From: an uncultured Bacteroidota bacterium
Lineage (GTDB): Bacteria; Bacteroidota; Bacteroidia; NS11-12g; UBA9320
Direction of reading: 5' to 3'
Length of the DNA stretch: 64,000 nt
Assembly (NCBI GenBank): GCA_913050005.1
Contig: CAJXBI010000005.1
Coordinates: forward strand, 44 to 64,043
Shown here in pieces: positions 46,080 through 56,635 of the stretch. Made by a program: the position numbers and the translations under genes. Position 1 is the stretch's first letter, and each line of letters starts with the position of its first letter. Below the pieces are notes generated by a model that had not been told where the DNA came from, searched no databases, and worked only from the letters and a program-made list of their open reading frames with translations.

Positions 46080-49000
46080 TTAATATAAAGCAGAGGCTTG
46101 TTTGAATAAATCATCATACTTTGTAGCTAGTTCGTCTCGTTTGTATGCTCGTGCGAGTGGACCAATATTTTGTAGGATTTGAATGTTTTCATTCTTATTA
46201 TCTACTTGTGTAAATTTTTTGTAGTAATTAATCAACGCATAAGCATCATTCCCTACTTCCGTTAAAAACTGATCACCTTTTTCAGTTTGATTAGCTTTAT
46301 AATAAATATCTGCACTTGCAGCTTTTAATCTCAAATTCATAGGCAATAAGCTTTCTGGCATAGAAGAATAACATTTATCCAAAAGAGTAGTGGCCGTGTC
46401 TAACTTATTGGTATTGGCATAATAATCTGCCACCTGAATAAATAAAGATCTCAAATTTTGAGGGACTAACTGTGCTTTATCGTCCAAAAACATGGTGCCC
46501 TCTTCCATCTTACCCCACTCATACACATTCATCAATTTATCGTACAGTAAGTCCATGTCATCCATGCCTCGCATTCTTTTATTGGCTTCTATGGGAAGTA
46601 ATTGGTAGGTTAAACCGTTGTGTCTAAAATATTTGTCTAGGTTCATATAAACTGACGACCCTGTGGTAGTTGTCCAATAGATTGGCCTTTTCCAGCCTGT
46701 TTTGGCATTACTAGCTATAATGTCTAACACAACTAAATCTCCCTTACTCAAACCACTCTTGCCAATATTCCAATAAATTTTGTCGACAATCTTAGCCGTA
46801 TCTCTATAAGGTACATAACCGGTTGCTATCACCGCTTTTTTATCAACTTCTACACTGAAGTTTTTAACAGGAAAGACATTGATGAGATCACCTGCATTAG
46901 TTCTTTGTTTTCTGCTAGGCTCGTCTGATGTAACATATTGCAAAACTTGATTCAAAGGATAATATTGATCTTGTGGTAGCGATTTACTTTCGAAATATCT
47001 CACATAATCTCGTTTACCAGATACTATTTTTTCAGCAGGTATGGACATAGGTAATGGCTCGCTGTCAAATACTTTTCTTCGCAACGCACTACTATACCAC
47101 TCTGTAGGTAGAAGACTTAAATTGATAACTCGTACATCGGTACGAATACCCTCTACATTTTGAGCATACCAAAGCGGATAGGTGTCATTATCTCCATTAG
47201 TAAATAAGATAGCATTTTTCTCACAACTATTGAGGTAGTTTTTTGCGAAAGATATTCCTAATTCTCTTCCTGAACGGTCATGGTCATCCCAGTTTTGGAA
47301 ACCCATTAAAAATGGGGAAACTAATAAAGCAAACAGTGTTGCGCTCGATGCCGCGATGGTCTTATTCACCGATTTTTTTAACAGATCAACTATAAATAAG
47401 ACACTCAAACCTATCCAAATGCAAAATGTTTGGAATGAGCCCACCGAGGAATAATCACGTTCTCGTGGTTCCATTGGGGGTTGATTTAGATATACTACAA
47501 CAAGAAGACCCGTGAATAAAAATAAAATAAGTACCGTGTAAAAATCCATTTTACTTTTCTGATACATGACTATAATTCCAAGTATTCCTAGTATTAATGG
47601 TAGGAAGAAAAAAGTATTACGAGCCTTATTGTATTTCAAACTCACTGGGATATCTTGAGGGACACCTAATCTCCATTCATCTAAGAATTTGATTCCCGAA
47701 ATCCAATTACCCTCCAAACTATTGCCTAGAACATTCTGAATGTCATTTTGTCTTCCAGCAAAATTCCACATGAAATATCTCCAATACATCCATCCCAATT
47801 GATATTTAAACATGAACTTCATGTTATTAGAAAAAGTTGGTTTCTTCTTTTTCACCGATTCTAATTGTTGTTCTAATTGATTTCGTCCCGAATATTTTTT
47901 AATCATACCATTCCACAAAGGATAATATCTTGATTTTTCAGACATATCTCCCATTCGAGGTAAAACCGTTGAGAATCGATCGTCATATTTAGGTTCTTGT
48001 TTTGTACCTATCTTTTCATAAGCATCTTTTCCTCTTCTGTATTGTGTTTTTCCTTTATCGATATCCACTAAATCTGCGTTATAGTAAGGACCAAAAAGTA
48101 ACGGTCGTGATCCATATTGTTCACGATTTATGTAACTCAATAAACTTTCAGCATCCTGAGGATCATTCATATCAATAGCAGGTTCTGCGATAGAACGAAT
48201 TACTACCATACTGTATGATGAAAAACCAAGCATGGTAAATGCAAAACATAATATTGCTAAATTAGCTATCGGTTTATTATTTTTTATGGTATATCGTAGA
48301 CTAAATACAATACCTAATAAGATAAGCAATAAAAAAAATAAAATACCTGAGTTAAATGGTAGCCCGAATGTATTTACAAAAATCTTGTCAAAAAATGCGG
48401 CAATAGCTGGCGTTTTTGGAATGATTATCCATTGAAGTAAAGCTATAGATCCAATTCCAATGACTGATGCTCTAATAATATTCCTTCTACTAACTCCAAA
48501 TTTATTAACGAAATAATAAAGAAATACCGCAGGCACAACAAGAATATTCAATAAGTGAAGTCCAATGCCCAAACCTATGACGTAAGCAATAAAAACAATC
48601 CATCTGTCAGAAGTAGGATCGTCTTTAACTTTTTCCCACCTTAGAATAGACCAAAATCCCAAAGCCATAAAACAAGAAGAACCTGCATATACCTCAGCCT
48701 CTACAGCATTGAACCAAAATGTATCCATGAATGTAACAGACATAGCTGCGACAAGACCCGATCCAAAAATAGAAATTGCATTCCCTAAATCCACTGTATT
48801 GGCATTCAAGTCAATTTTTAAAATCTTTTTTGCAAAATGTGTAGTAATCCAAAAAGTAAACATCACAGTAGCAGCACTAAAAACTGCACTCAACATATTT
48901 ACTGCAATAGCAACTTCATTAGTGCCAGGGGTTGCAAAAATTGAGAATAAACGTCCAAGCATCAAAAATAAAGGTGCGCCAGGTGGGTGCACAACTTGTA

Positions 49001-49136
49001 ATCGATATGACGCCGAAATAAACTCTCCACAATCCCAAAGACTTACAGATTGCTCCAATGTCATGATATAAACAGCAATTGCTATTAAGAATGTAACCCA
49101 TCCAAAAAAAGTATTTATCTTTTTAAAATTATTCAT
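46080..49136 (-). CDS. DUF2723 domain membrane protein (putative glycosyltransferase, PMT-like fold)
   Basis: Start moved to the ATG at 49136 (MNNFKKINTFFGWVTFLIAIAVYIMT). The upstream 73 codons of the track ORF overlap the divergent methyltransferase gene. Signature present: WDCGEFISASYRLQVVHPPGAPLFLMLGRLF. It has many TM segments and a TPR-like C-terminus. Confidence 0.8.
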   Translation of the reverse strand: MNNFKKINTFFGWVTFLIAIAVYIMTLEQSVSLWDCGEFISASYRLQVVHPPGAPLFLMLGRLFSIFATPGTNEVAIAVNMLSAVFSAATVMFTFWITTHFAKKILKIDLNANTVDLGNAISIFGSGLVAAMSVTFMDTFWFNAVEAEVYAGSSCFMALGFWSILRWEKVKDDPTSDRWIVFIAYVIGLGIGLHLLNILVVPAVFLYYFVNKFGVSRRNIIRASVIGIGSIALLQWIIIPKTPAIAAFFDKIFVNTFGLPFNSGILFFLLLILLGIVFSLRYTIKNNKPIANLAILCFAFTMLGFSSYSMVVIRSIAEPAIDMNDPQDAESLLSYINREQYGSRPLLFGPYYNADLVDIDKGKTQYRRGKDAYEKIGTKQEPKYDDRFSTVLPRMGDMSEKSRYYPLWNGMIKKYSGRNQLEQQLESVKKKKPTFSNNMKFMFKYQLGWMYWRYFMWNFAGRQNDIQNVLGNSLEGNWISGIKFLDEWRLGVPQDIPVSLKYNKARNTFFFLPLILGILGIIVMYQKSKMDFYTVLILFLFTGLLVVVYLNQPPMEPRERDYSSVGSFQTFCIWIGLSVLFIVDLLKKSVNKTIAASSATLFALLVSPFLMGFQNWDDHDRSGRELGISFAKNYLNSCEKNAILFTNGDNDTYPLWYAQNVEGIRTDVRVINLSLLPTEWYSSALRRKVFDSEPLPMSIPAEKIVSGKRDYVRYFESKSLPQDQYYPLNQVLQYVTSDEPSRKQRTNAGDLINVFPVKNFSVEVDKKAVIATGYVPYRDTAKIVDKIYWNIGKSGLSKGDLVVLDIIASNAKTGWKRPIYWTTTTGSSVYMNLDKYFRHNGLTYQLLPIEANKRMRGMDDMDLLYDKLMNVYEWGKMEEGTMFLDDKAQLVPQNLRSLFIQVADYYANTNKLDTATTLLDKCYSSMPESLLPMNLRLKAASADIYYKANQTEKGDQFLTEVGNDAYALINYYKKFTQVDNKNENIQILQNIGPLARAYKRDELATKYDDLFKQASALY

Positions 49137-49295
49137 TGCGTGATTTTTTGAATCTTCGGACGAAAATAAAAGATTTAGACCATAAACGCTATGCAATGAT
49201 CGTAATTCAAATTTTATTGATTTTAAAATAGAAAGCATTTGAATTAAGGAGTATTCACTTTTAGATGGTTTATTTGTATACAGAAATTTAAGGAG

Positions 49296-50195
49296 TTGAA
49301 AGAGCGTCATTCTATAAACCTGTGTCCTATTTGCAATCATTCTTCGTTCAAACATTTTTTGAATGTTCCAGACTGGCTTGTTTCGAAAGAGGTATTTGAA
49401 CTAAAACAATGTGAAAAATGCCAATTTATTTTTACGGCTAATGCGCCGCTAGAAAATGACGCAGAGCCATATTACAATAGCGAAGAATATGTTGAACATT
49501 CTGATACTTCCAGCGGATTAATCTACTCCATTTATCACGTTGCTCGCCGTGTGATGCTCAACTTTAAGTACCTCAAGATCAAACGCCTTCGTACTGGAAA
49601 AAAACTTCTTGATATAGGTTCTGGCTCGGGTTATTTTTTGAACTTCTTCAAAAAAAAGGGATACGAGGTTACCGGTGTTGAAATAAGCAAAAAAGCAGCT
49701 AAGCTATGTGAAAATAACTTTGGAATAAAAGCTCACAGCCCATTAGAATTTGTACAAGGAAAATTAGATACTAATTACAATATTATTAGTCTTTGGCATG
49801 TGTTTGAGCACGTATACGATTACAATACTTATTTCGATCTATTTTCTAAATCTTTAGACGAAAAAGGTTATCTAATTTTAGCACTTCCTAATAATGACTC
49901 GCCGGATGCTAAAATGTATCAAGAATACTGGGGAGGTTATGATACGCCAAGACATATTTGGCACTTTACACCAAAGACAATAGAGTTGTTTGCAGATAAA
50001 AGAGGATTTAAAATTATAAAAAAACATCGAATGCCTCTTGACCCATTTTTTAATGCAATGATTAGCGACTCCTATAAAAATAAGTTTACTTTCTTGCCAA
50101 TAACATTTTTAAAGGGACTCTATTCTTATTCCGTGTCGTTATTAAACATCGAAAAGTCTAGTTCAATCATTTACATCTTACAAAAAAAGACTTAA
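49296..50195 (+). CDS. Class I SAM-dependent methyltransferase with N-terminal zinc-ribbon
   Basis: It has the Cys pairs CPICNH...CEKCQF and SAM motif I (LLDIGSGSGYFL). The TTG start is uncertain. Confidence 0.7.
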   Translation: MKERHSINLCPICNHSSFKHFLNVPDWLVSKEVFELKQCEKCQFIFTANAPLENDAEPYYNSEEYVEHSDTSSGLIYSIYHVARRVMLNFKYLKIKRLRTGKKLLDIGSGSGYFLNFFKKKGYEVTGVEISKKAAKLCENNFGIKAHSPLEFVQGKLDTNYNIISLWHVFEHVYDYNTYFDLFSKSLDEKGYLILALPNNDSPDAKMYQEYWGGYDTPRHIWHFTPKTIELFADKRGFKIIKKHRMPLDPFFNAMISDSYKNKFTFLPITFLKGLYSYSVSLLNIEKSSSIIYILQKKT

Positions 50196-50986
50196 ATTTT
50201 AGTAAAATTCTTGATGAAAACATGATCGTTTTCTATGATTTTAAGATAGTAAATTCCTGATTCTAACGCAGAAACATCCAATGAATTTTTAAAATTTGTG
50301 TTTATAACTACTTTACCTAATGAATTGATTATTTTAATATTTGAATGAACATTCGTGTAACCGTCAATAGTTAACGTTTTAATCGAAGGATTTGGGTATA
50401 GATTTATATTTAAATTTTCTAAATCTGCGATGTTAGCAGATTTATTTTCTGCAATGGATATTGTATCAATGTACATTTTTTCTCCTCTATTATTACCATT
50501 TCCGTTAGCTGCCATTGTGGATACATAAAAAGTGACTTTCCCTGTTCCGCTTGTTGGTGCTGTCCAATTAGCAACCCATGTTTGTGAATTTGATGCAGAA
50601 CTACTTGCAAATTTATGAGTAGCTCTAAGCCCTGAGTTAAGCGTATTCACTTGCGTGTTGTTTGAAAAAGTACCCACTGGAGAGCCGTTTTTATCCTCTA
50701 CCATCATCTCAAACCCCCAGACTGAAGTTCCTTCATCTGAAACACTCACCGAAATGTTGTAGCTGGACCCTGGAGCATAACCGCTTTCGGGAACATCAGT
50801 AGACAGCATATCTTGACTACTTGGTGGACTCGAACTGGTATGACAACCTCCATTAGTTGAGCAAGTAGCTCCGCTATCCGAAGTTGACCCTGATCTACCT
50901 CCAGGTGAACCGCCCCTATTCGACATAAAAAATACTGCTAAAACTGATAGAATGAAAATGTTAAATTTAGTGTTACGTTCTATCAT
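50192..50986 (-). CDS. Small secreted protein with T9SS type A C-terminal sorting domain; N-terminal domain of unknown function
   Basis: It has an N-terminal signal/anchor and a Gly/Ser-rich linker carrying CSTNGGCH. A ~130-aa beta-sandwich-like domain follows (WGFEMMVEDKNGSPVGTF...TWVANWTAPTSGTGKVTFYV). The tail is NLYPNPSIKTLTID...GIYYLKIIEND. Confidence 0.7.
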   Translation of the reverse strand: MIERNTKFNIFILSVLAVFFMSNRGGSPGGRSGSTSDSGATCSTNGGCHTSSSPPSSQDMLSTDVPESGYAPGSSYNISVSVSDEGTSVWGFEMMVEDKNGSPVGTFSNNTQVNTLNSGLRATHKFASSSASNSQTWVANWTAPTSGTGKVTFYVSTMAANGNGNNRGEKMYIDTISIAENKSANIADLENLNINLYPNPSIKTLTIDGYTNVHSNIKIINSLGKVVINTNFKNSLDVSALESGIYYLKIIENDHVFIKNFTKI

Positions 50987-51047
50987 TTTAAATACTTATT
51001 TGTTTCAAATCTATTGAATATTAACAAACTTCACCCAGTAAATAATT

Positions 51048-51076
51048 TTGAAATGCCAACATTTGACTTATTTTTG
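51048..51076 (+). promoter_or_regulatory. Bacteroidota-type promoter TTG-N18-TATTTTTG upstream of rimP-nusA-infB
   Basis: TTG at 51048-51050, an 18-nt spacer, then TATTTTTG at 51069-51076 (TAnnTTTG). Confidence 0.4.
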
Positions 51077-51097
51077 CATCAAATATTATTAGAGTTG

Positions 51098-51121
51098 AAG
51101 GGGCAAAAGCCCCTTTTTTCT
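51098..51121 (+). terminator. Intrinsic-terminator-like hairpin in the rimP leader (candidate attenuator)
   Basis: AAGGGGC aaaa GCCCCTT then TTTTC TT: a 7-bp stem with 5 G-C pairs, and a T-tract only on the plus strand. It lies between the predicted promoter and the rimP start (51132). There is no upstream plus-strand gene for it to terminate. Confidence 0.6.
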
Positions 51122-51131
51122 TACCTAAATT

Positions 51132-51596
51132 TTGGGAGTTAAAGAACTTATAACAGGAATTATCGAAGAAGAATTGAAAGAAACTGATTCGTTCTTGGTG
51201 GGAGTAGATTCTAACCAAGCAGAAACAAGTATTCAACTTTTCATTGACGGCATTGAAAGCGTTAGTATACAGTTGTGTACTCAACTCAGTCGGAAAGTTT
51301 CTAGAATACTCGACGAAGAATATACAGATGATCAGCCTATTCGTTATGAAATTTCTTCTCCTGGAGCTGAGCAACCACTAGTAGACTTGAGACAATTTTA
51401 CAAGCATATTGGGCGAGAATTAGAAGTGGAATTAATAAATGGTAAAATCCAAACTGGAAAATTAATTCAAATTCTTGATGACACCATCAAATTATCTGTA
51501 GTAATATCTAAATACAAATCTGAAGAAAAAACAATTATTTTTAATCAAATAAGTAAAAGTACCGTAAAACTATCCTTTAAACGTAAAAAGAAATGA
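51132..51596 (+). CDS. rimP: Ribosome maturation factor RimP
   Basis: It has the YEISSPGAEQPL motif (RimP SSPG signature). It sits directly upstream of nusA and overlaps it by 4 nt. TTG start. Confidence 0.85.
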   Translation: MGVKELITGIIEEELKETDSFLVGVDSNQAETSIQLFIDGIESVSIQLCTQLSRKVSRILDEEYTDDQPIRYEISSPGAEQPLVDLRQFYKHIGRELEVELINGKIQTGKLIQILDDTIKLSVVISKYKSEEKTIIFNQISKSTVKLSFKRKKK

Positions 51597-52831
51597 GCTT
51601 ACAATTAGTAGAATCTTTCACAGAATTCAAAGAATTCAAAAATATTGACAGAGCCACCATGATGAGGGTTCTAGAAGACGTATTTAGAACTATGATCCGA
51701 AGAAAATATGGTTCGGATGACAACTTTGATGTCATCGTTAATACTGATAATGGAGACCTTGAAATATATCGTAATCGAGAAATTGTAGATATGGGTGAAG
51801 TAGAAGATCCTAATAAAGAGATTAATATCGAAGACGCAAAACTCCTTGAAGATGATTTTGAAATCGGCGAAGAAGCCATCGAAGAAATTGACTTGGCAAC
51901 CTTCGGACGCAGAACAATACTTACAGCAAGACAAACATTGCTTTCTAAAGTATTAGAGCTTGAAAAAGACGAATTCTACAAAAAATACAAAGACCGTGTT
52001 GGTGAAATTGTATCTGGAGAAGTGTATCAAATTTGGAAAAATGAAATCATGATATTAGATGATGAGGGTAACGAACTTATCTTACCGATTCGAGAAATGA
52101 TACCAAGAGACTTTTTTAAAAAAGGAGATACCGTTAGAGCTGTAATTTTGAGGGTTGAAATGTATAATTCTAACCCAAAAGTGATTCTCTCTAGAACTGC
52201 ACCAGACTTTTTAGAACGTTTATTCGAATTAGAAGTCCCAGAAATACTTGACGGACTAATCACCGTTAAGAAAATTGTTCGTGAGCCAGGCGAAAGAGCA
52301 AAAGTTGCTGTAGAAAGCTATGATGACCGAATTGACCCTGTAGGAGCATGTGTTGGTATGAAAGGGAGTAGAATTCACGGAATAGTACGTGAACTTAAAA
52401 ATGAAAATATAGATGTTATCAATTTCACTTCCAACATCCAATTACTAATTCAGCGGAGTTTAAGCCCTGCTAAGGTATCGACTATTAGTATTAACGATGA
52501 AACTGGAAAAGCTGATGTTTTCCTTCCAGCTGATCAAGTTTCGCTAGCAATCGGGAAAAGAGGACATAATATTAAACTTGCTGGGAAATTAGTAGGTTAT
52601 AATATAGATGTATATAGAGAAACTAACGAAGAAGAAAATCTAGATGTTGACCTGAACGAATTTGCAGATGAAATTGATAATTGGATTATTGATGAATTGA
52701 AAGCAATTGGTCTAGATACTGCAAAAAGTGTGTTAGAGATGAGTAACGAAGACCTCATTGCAAGATCAGAGTTAGAAGAAGAAACAATAGATGAAATCAA
52801 GAAAATATTAGAAGCAGAATTCGAACAATAA
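51593..52831 (+). CDS. nusA: Transcription termination/antitermination factor NusA
   Basis: It has the NusA N-terminal domain, an S1 domain (GEIVSGEVYQI) and KH domains (GACVGMKGSRIHGIVRELKNENIDVI). 412 aa. Confidence 0.93.
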   Translation: MSLQLVESFTEFKEFKNIDRATMMRVLEDVFRTMIRRKYGSDDNFDVIVNTDNGDLEIYRNREIVDMGEVEDPNKEINIEDAKLLEDDFEIGEEAIEEIDLATFGRRTILTARQTLLSKVLELEKDEFYKKYKDRVGEIVSGEVYQIWKNEIMILDDEGNELILPIREMIPRDFFKKGDTVRAVILRVEMYNSNPKVILSRTAPDFLERLFELEVPEILDGLITVKKIVREPGERAKVAVESYDDRIDPVGACVGMKGSRIHGIVRELKNENIDVINFTSNIQLLIQRSLSPAKVSTISINDETGKADVFLPADQVSLAIGKRGHNIKLAGKLVGYNIDVYRETNEEENLDVDLNEFADEIDNWIIDELKAIGLDTAKSVLEMSNEDLIARSELEEETIDEIKKILEAEFEQ

Positions 52832-52878
52832 TGCTTTAAAAACATAAAGTATTATTTTCGAACACGGCTAAACAATAG

Positions 52879-55575
52879 ATGGTTGGAAAGAAAAAGACAT
52901 ATCGAGTTAACAAAGTTGCAACAGAATTCAATGTTAGTTGGAAGACAATTGTTGAACATTTAACTGAAAAGGGTTTTGAGGTAGAATCAAAAATAACTGC
53001 CAAGTTAGATGAGAGCATGTATCAAGATTTGTTGAGCTTTTATCAAAAAGATAAACTCGCGAAAGAAGAATCTCAGCAATTGGAAATTAACATCCGAAAA
53101 GACGCTAAAACACAGGCAATTAAGGAAACTAAAAAATCTGAACCGCCTAAAGTTGAATTAGCTCCTGAGCCTACTATTTTTATTAAAGACACTACTCTTG
53201 GATCAAAGAAGTCTGTTGAAGAAGAAAAGCCTGAGAAGGTCACAAAAGAAGAAGCTAAAGAAATAGTTCCAACTGCTCCATTAGATAAACATAAAAATAC
53301 GCTTAAAGTTGTTGGTACAATTGACATTAAAAAGTCAACTAAACCTGTTCAAGAAAACACACAAGAACCTGAAGTTAAGCCAATTACAAATCTTATTACT
53401 GATGTTAAAAATGAAGATGAAAAAAATGAACCTAAAGAGATTGTTGAAAAAACAGAATATAAAAAACTTGAAGGCACTAGAGTTTTAGGTAAAGTAGAAA
53501 TAAAGCCTCCTGTAAAACGAACTAAAACTCCCCCAAAAACAAAAGATGAGCCCAAGAAAAAACGGAAAAGAATACGTGGTGAAAAAATTACTACAGATAA
53601 ATACCGTTCTGATAGGCAAAATAAGCAAGGAGCGAATACCAATAAAAATGAAGTTTCTGAAAAAGAAATCCAAAATAAAATTAAAAAGACACTTGCTCAA
53701 ATGTCTTCGGGTAAGCAAGCCCCATCTCACGGAGGTAAGGTAAGACAAAAAGCCCGAAAGTTCAGAAGACAAGAACACAAAAAGAAATGGGAAGAAAAAC
53801 AACTACAAGACATTATTGAAAGTAAAATATTAGATGTAACAGAATTTGTTACTGCTAATGATCTTGCTAATATGATGGATGTAAGTGTTAATGAGATTAT
53901 TGGTGCTTGTTTTTCATTGGGAATGATGGTATCGATTAACCAACGATTAGATGCTGAAACTATCCAAATTGTGGCAGAGGAATTTGGTTATGAAATAAAC
54001 TTCGTAGATGCAGATGAAACCATTGAGATAGTGGTAGAAGAAGATAATCCTGAAGATCTTAAGCCTAGACATCCAATTGTTACTGTAATGGGTCACGTTG
54101 ACCATGGTAAAACATCATTGTTAGATCATATCCGAAATGCCAATGTGATTGCTGGTGAAGCAGGAGGAATTACCCAACACGTAGCTGCCTATGAAGTAAA
54201 GCTAAAAAACGGTAATAGAATGACATTCATTGACACCCCAGGTCACGAAGCCTTTACTGCCATGCGTGCACGTGGAGCTCAAGTTACAGACATTGCAATT
54301 ATTGTTATTGCTGCAGACGATGCAGTGATGCCTCAGACCAAAGAAGCAATTAGCCATGCACAAGCGGCTAATGTTCCCATAGTTTTTGCATTTAACAAGA
54401 TCGATAAGGATGGAGCTAATCCAGATAAAGTGAGAGAGGCGCTATCTGCAATGAATATTTTAGTAGAAGAATGGGGCGGAAAATACCAAACTGCTGAAAT
54501 TTCTGCAAAAAATGGAGTCAATATCGATGAGCTTTTAGAGAAAGTTGCTCTTGAGGCTGAGATGTTAGAACTTAAGGCTAACCCAGATAAAAACGCTAAA
54601 GGAGGAGTCCTCGAAGCTAAAATTGAAAAAGGTAGAGGTGTTGTGGCATCTATGCTAGTTCAAGAAGGCGTACTTCGTGTTGGCGATGCAATAGTTGCTG
54701 GACAACATTATGCTAGAGTTAAAGCTATGCTCAATGAGCGTGGCCAAAATGTTAAAGAAGTTGGACCAGCATCACCTATTTCCATACTTGGCTTCTCTGC
54801 CGCTCCTGCTGCAGGAGAAACCTTCCAAGTTATGATAGATGAATCAACCGCCAAAGATGTTGCAAACAAACGTGAGCAATTACAACGTGAACAAGATATT
54901 AGATCTACATCTATGCTCACACTGGATACTATTGGAAAACGATTAGCTATTGGAAACTTCCAAGAATTAAAGTTAATTATCAAAGCTGATGTAGATGGAA
55001 GTTCTGAAGCACTCTCAGACTCGTTAATGAAATTGTCTACTGAAGAAATTGAAGTTAAAATTATTCAAAAATCAGTTGGACCTATAACAGATAACGATAT
55101 TTTACTAGCTAAAGCATCTGATGCTATTGTAGTTGGTTTTCAAGTTAGACCAATGCCGTCTGCTCGAAAACTTGCAGAGTCAGAAGGAGTTGAGATTAAG
55201 CAATATAGCATCATTTATAAAGCCATAGAAGAAATCAAAGCTGCGATGGAAGGTATGCTTGTCCCTGATTTGGAAGAAGAAGTTACAGGCACAGCAGAAG
55301 TTAGAGAAATATTTAAAATTTCTAAGGTTGGTATGATTGCTGGTTGTATGCAAACCCAAGGTAAAATGTACAGAGACAACAAAGTTCGTCTCATTAGAGA
55401 CAGCGTTGTTGTTTATACTGGTGAAATAGAAGCCCTTAAACGTTTCAAAGATGACGTCAAAGAAGTCGCAAAAGGTTTTGAGTGTGGTATTCAAATTCGA
55501 AACTGTAATGACATCCAAGAATTTGATTTAATTGAAGGTTACAGGGAAATTGAAGTAGCCAGAAAACTTAAGTAA
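52879..55575 (+). CDS. infB: Translation initiation factor IF-2
   Basis: It has a Lys/Glu-rich N-terminal region and G-domain motifs ([25 protein letters not shown]). 898 aa. Confidence 0.95.
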   Translation: MVGKKKTYRVNKVATEFNVSWKTIVEHLTEKGFEVESKITAKLDESMYQDLLSFYQKDKLAKEESQQLEINIRKDAKTQAIKETKKSEPPKVELAPEPTIFIKDTTLGSKKSVEEEKPEKVTKEEAKEIVPTAPLDKHKNTLKVVGTIDIKKSTKPVQENTQEPEVKPITNLITDVKNEDEKNEPKEIVEKTEYKKLEGTRVLGKVEIKPPVKRTKTPPKTKDEPKKKRKRIRGEKITTDKYRSDRQNKQGANTNKNEVSEKEIQNKIKKTLAQMSSGKQAPSHGGKVRQKARKFRRQEHKKKWEEKQLQDIIESKILDVTEFVTANDLANMMDVSVNEIIGACFSLGMMVSINQRLDAETIQIVAEEFGYEINFVDADETIEIVVEEDNPEDLKPRHPIVTVMGHVDHGKTSLLDHIRNANVIAGEAGGITQHVAAYEVKLKNGNRMTFIDTPGHEAFTAMRARGAQVTDIAIIVIAADDAVMPQTKEAISHAQAANVPIVFAFNKIDKDGANPDKVREALSAMNILVEEWGGKYQTAEISAKNGVNIDELLEKVALEAEMLELKANPDKNAKGGVLEAKIEKGRGVVASMLVQEGVLRVGDAIVAGQHYARVKAMLNERGQNVKEVGPASPISILGFSAAPAAGETFQVMIDESTAKDVANKREQLQREQDIRSTSMLTLDTIGKRLAIGNFQELKLIIKADVDGSSEALSDSLMKLSTEEIEVKIIQKSVGPITDNDILLAKASDAIVVGFQVRPMPSARKLAESEGVEIKQYSIIYKAIEEIKAAMEGMLVPDLEEEVTGTAEVREIFKISKVGMIAGCMQTQGKMYRDNKVRLIRDSVVVYTGEIEALKRFKDDVKEVAKGFECGIQIRNCNDIQEFDLIEGYREIEVARKLK

Positions 55576-55825
55576 TTATTCTTTTTGGGTTGTTAACCGC
55601 TTAAACCACATCACATATTTTCAGCTCTTTTTTATTGTGAGTAACAAATAAAGTATTATTTCCCTCCTCTTTTAGTGTGTGCATTGTTTACAAAATTTAA
55701 TAACTCCAATTAGCTGCAAAACGCAAATTATAAGGCTAATAAAAGCATCAATACATACATCATATTAGAATTGTGTTCATCAAGTAATTGATTTTTTTTA
55801 ATTTCAATAATGAACTATAATACTG

Positions 55826-56635
55826 TCATAATATGTAATCTAATAATTCTAACTCTATAATTATAGGCATGTAGCCTGGAATAATATGATTACCTAAAGC
55901 ACCAAAAGCAAAATCTGATGGCACTATAGCACGAATACTTTCACCTTTAGACAACTTACTTGCTAAAAATCGAATACCTGATATAACACCTTGGTCTGAT
56001 AAATCGTAAATAAATGGCTCACCGTCTTTTGTATAATAGACAACTTGACCATTTATTTTTTTTAATACATACCTTATTTTGGCTTTGCTATACTTAACAG
56101 GCTGTTTATTTATAGCTTTGAGTTTCTCATAGTAAATAAGTGATGATGAATCAAAAGTTCCATTCCAACGATGATTTTTTATAAATTGATCAATTTGATT
56201 TCGCTCAAATACTTTTTTATATGCAATGTGTTCTATGTCGTTGAGCTTATCTCTCATCCAAAGTGTTGTAGTCACAAAATCACTATCATTTAAATATGTG
56301 GGTACACTTCCATTTAAGGCATTATAAAAATCTTCAGCCCTAAGTTTAAATTGAATACTATCTGCTTCACATGTAGAACCTAATAATTGGATGAATGTGG
56401 CCGAAGTATCTGAATTTAAACGATTAATTTCAATTTTTCTTCCCAAAGCACGGGTATCTAAATATATAGAGTCATCAGCATTTTGTGCCTTTATATCAAG
56501 TAACCAATGGTTTTTACCTTCAATACAGATAGAGTTACCTCTTTTATAAAAAACGTTACCTGATTTTTGAAAGTCATCTTTGTTACATGAAATTATAAAT
56601 AAAACTGATGTTAAAATTATGCTATAGAATTTCAT
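55826..56635 (-). CDS. FKBP-type peptidyl-prolyl isomerase lipoprotein (possibly GldI-like)
   Basis: It has a lipoprotein signal (LTSVLFIISCNK). The C-terminus (VISGIRFLASKLSKGESIRAIVPSDFAFGALGNHIIPGYMPIIIELELLD) follows the FKBP domain pattern. A GldI assignment is only suggested by type; I do not assert it. Confidence 0.6.
   Translation of the reverse strand: MKFYSIILTSVLFIISCNKDDFQKSGNVFYKRGNSICIEGKNHWLLDIKAQNADDSIYLDTRALGRKIEINRLNSDTSATFIQLLGSTCEADSIQFKLRAEDFYNALNGSVPTYLNDSDFVTTTLWMRDKLNDIEHIAYKKVFERNQIDQFIKNHRWNGTFDSSSLIYYEKLKAINKQPVKYSKAKIRYVLKKINGQVVYYTKDGEPFIYDLSDQGVISGIRFLASKLSKGESIRAIVPSDFAFGALGNHIIPGYMPIIIELELLDYIL

Noticed and set aside
49137-49355. 73-codon N-terminal extension of the DUF2723 ORF
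   Set aside because: It overlaps the divergent methyltransferase start (49296). The internal ATG at 49136 gives the typical DUF2723 N-terminus with its first TM helix.
53349-53802. Overlapping antisense ORFs (97 and 105 aa), plus a 65-aa sense-strand alternate-frame ORF, within the infB 5' region
   Set aside because: They mirror the Lys/Glu-rich low-complexity N-terminal region of IF-2 (AAA/GAA codons read as TTT/TTC on the other strand). They are stop-poor by composition, not coding.
55576-55825. 250-bp non-coding gap between convergent infB and the FKBP gene, examined for a tRNA, sRNA or terminator
   Set aside because: I found no cloverleaf-compatible sequence, no GC-rich hairpin with a T-tract, and only very short ORFs (<=27 aa) without start context. 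I cannot support any feature by eye. A covariance-model scan would be needed.
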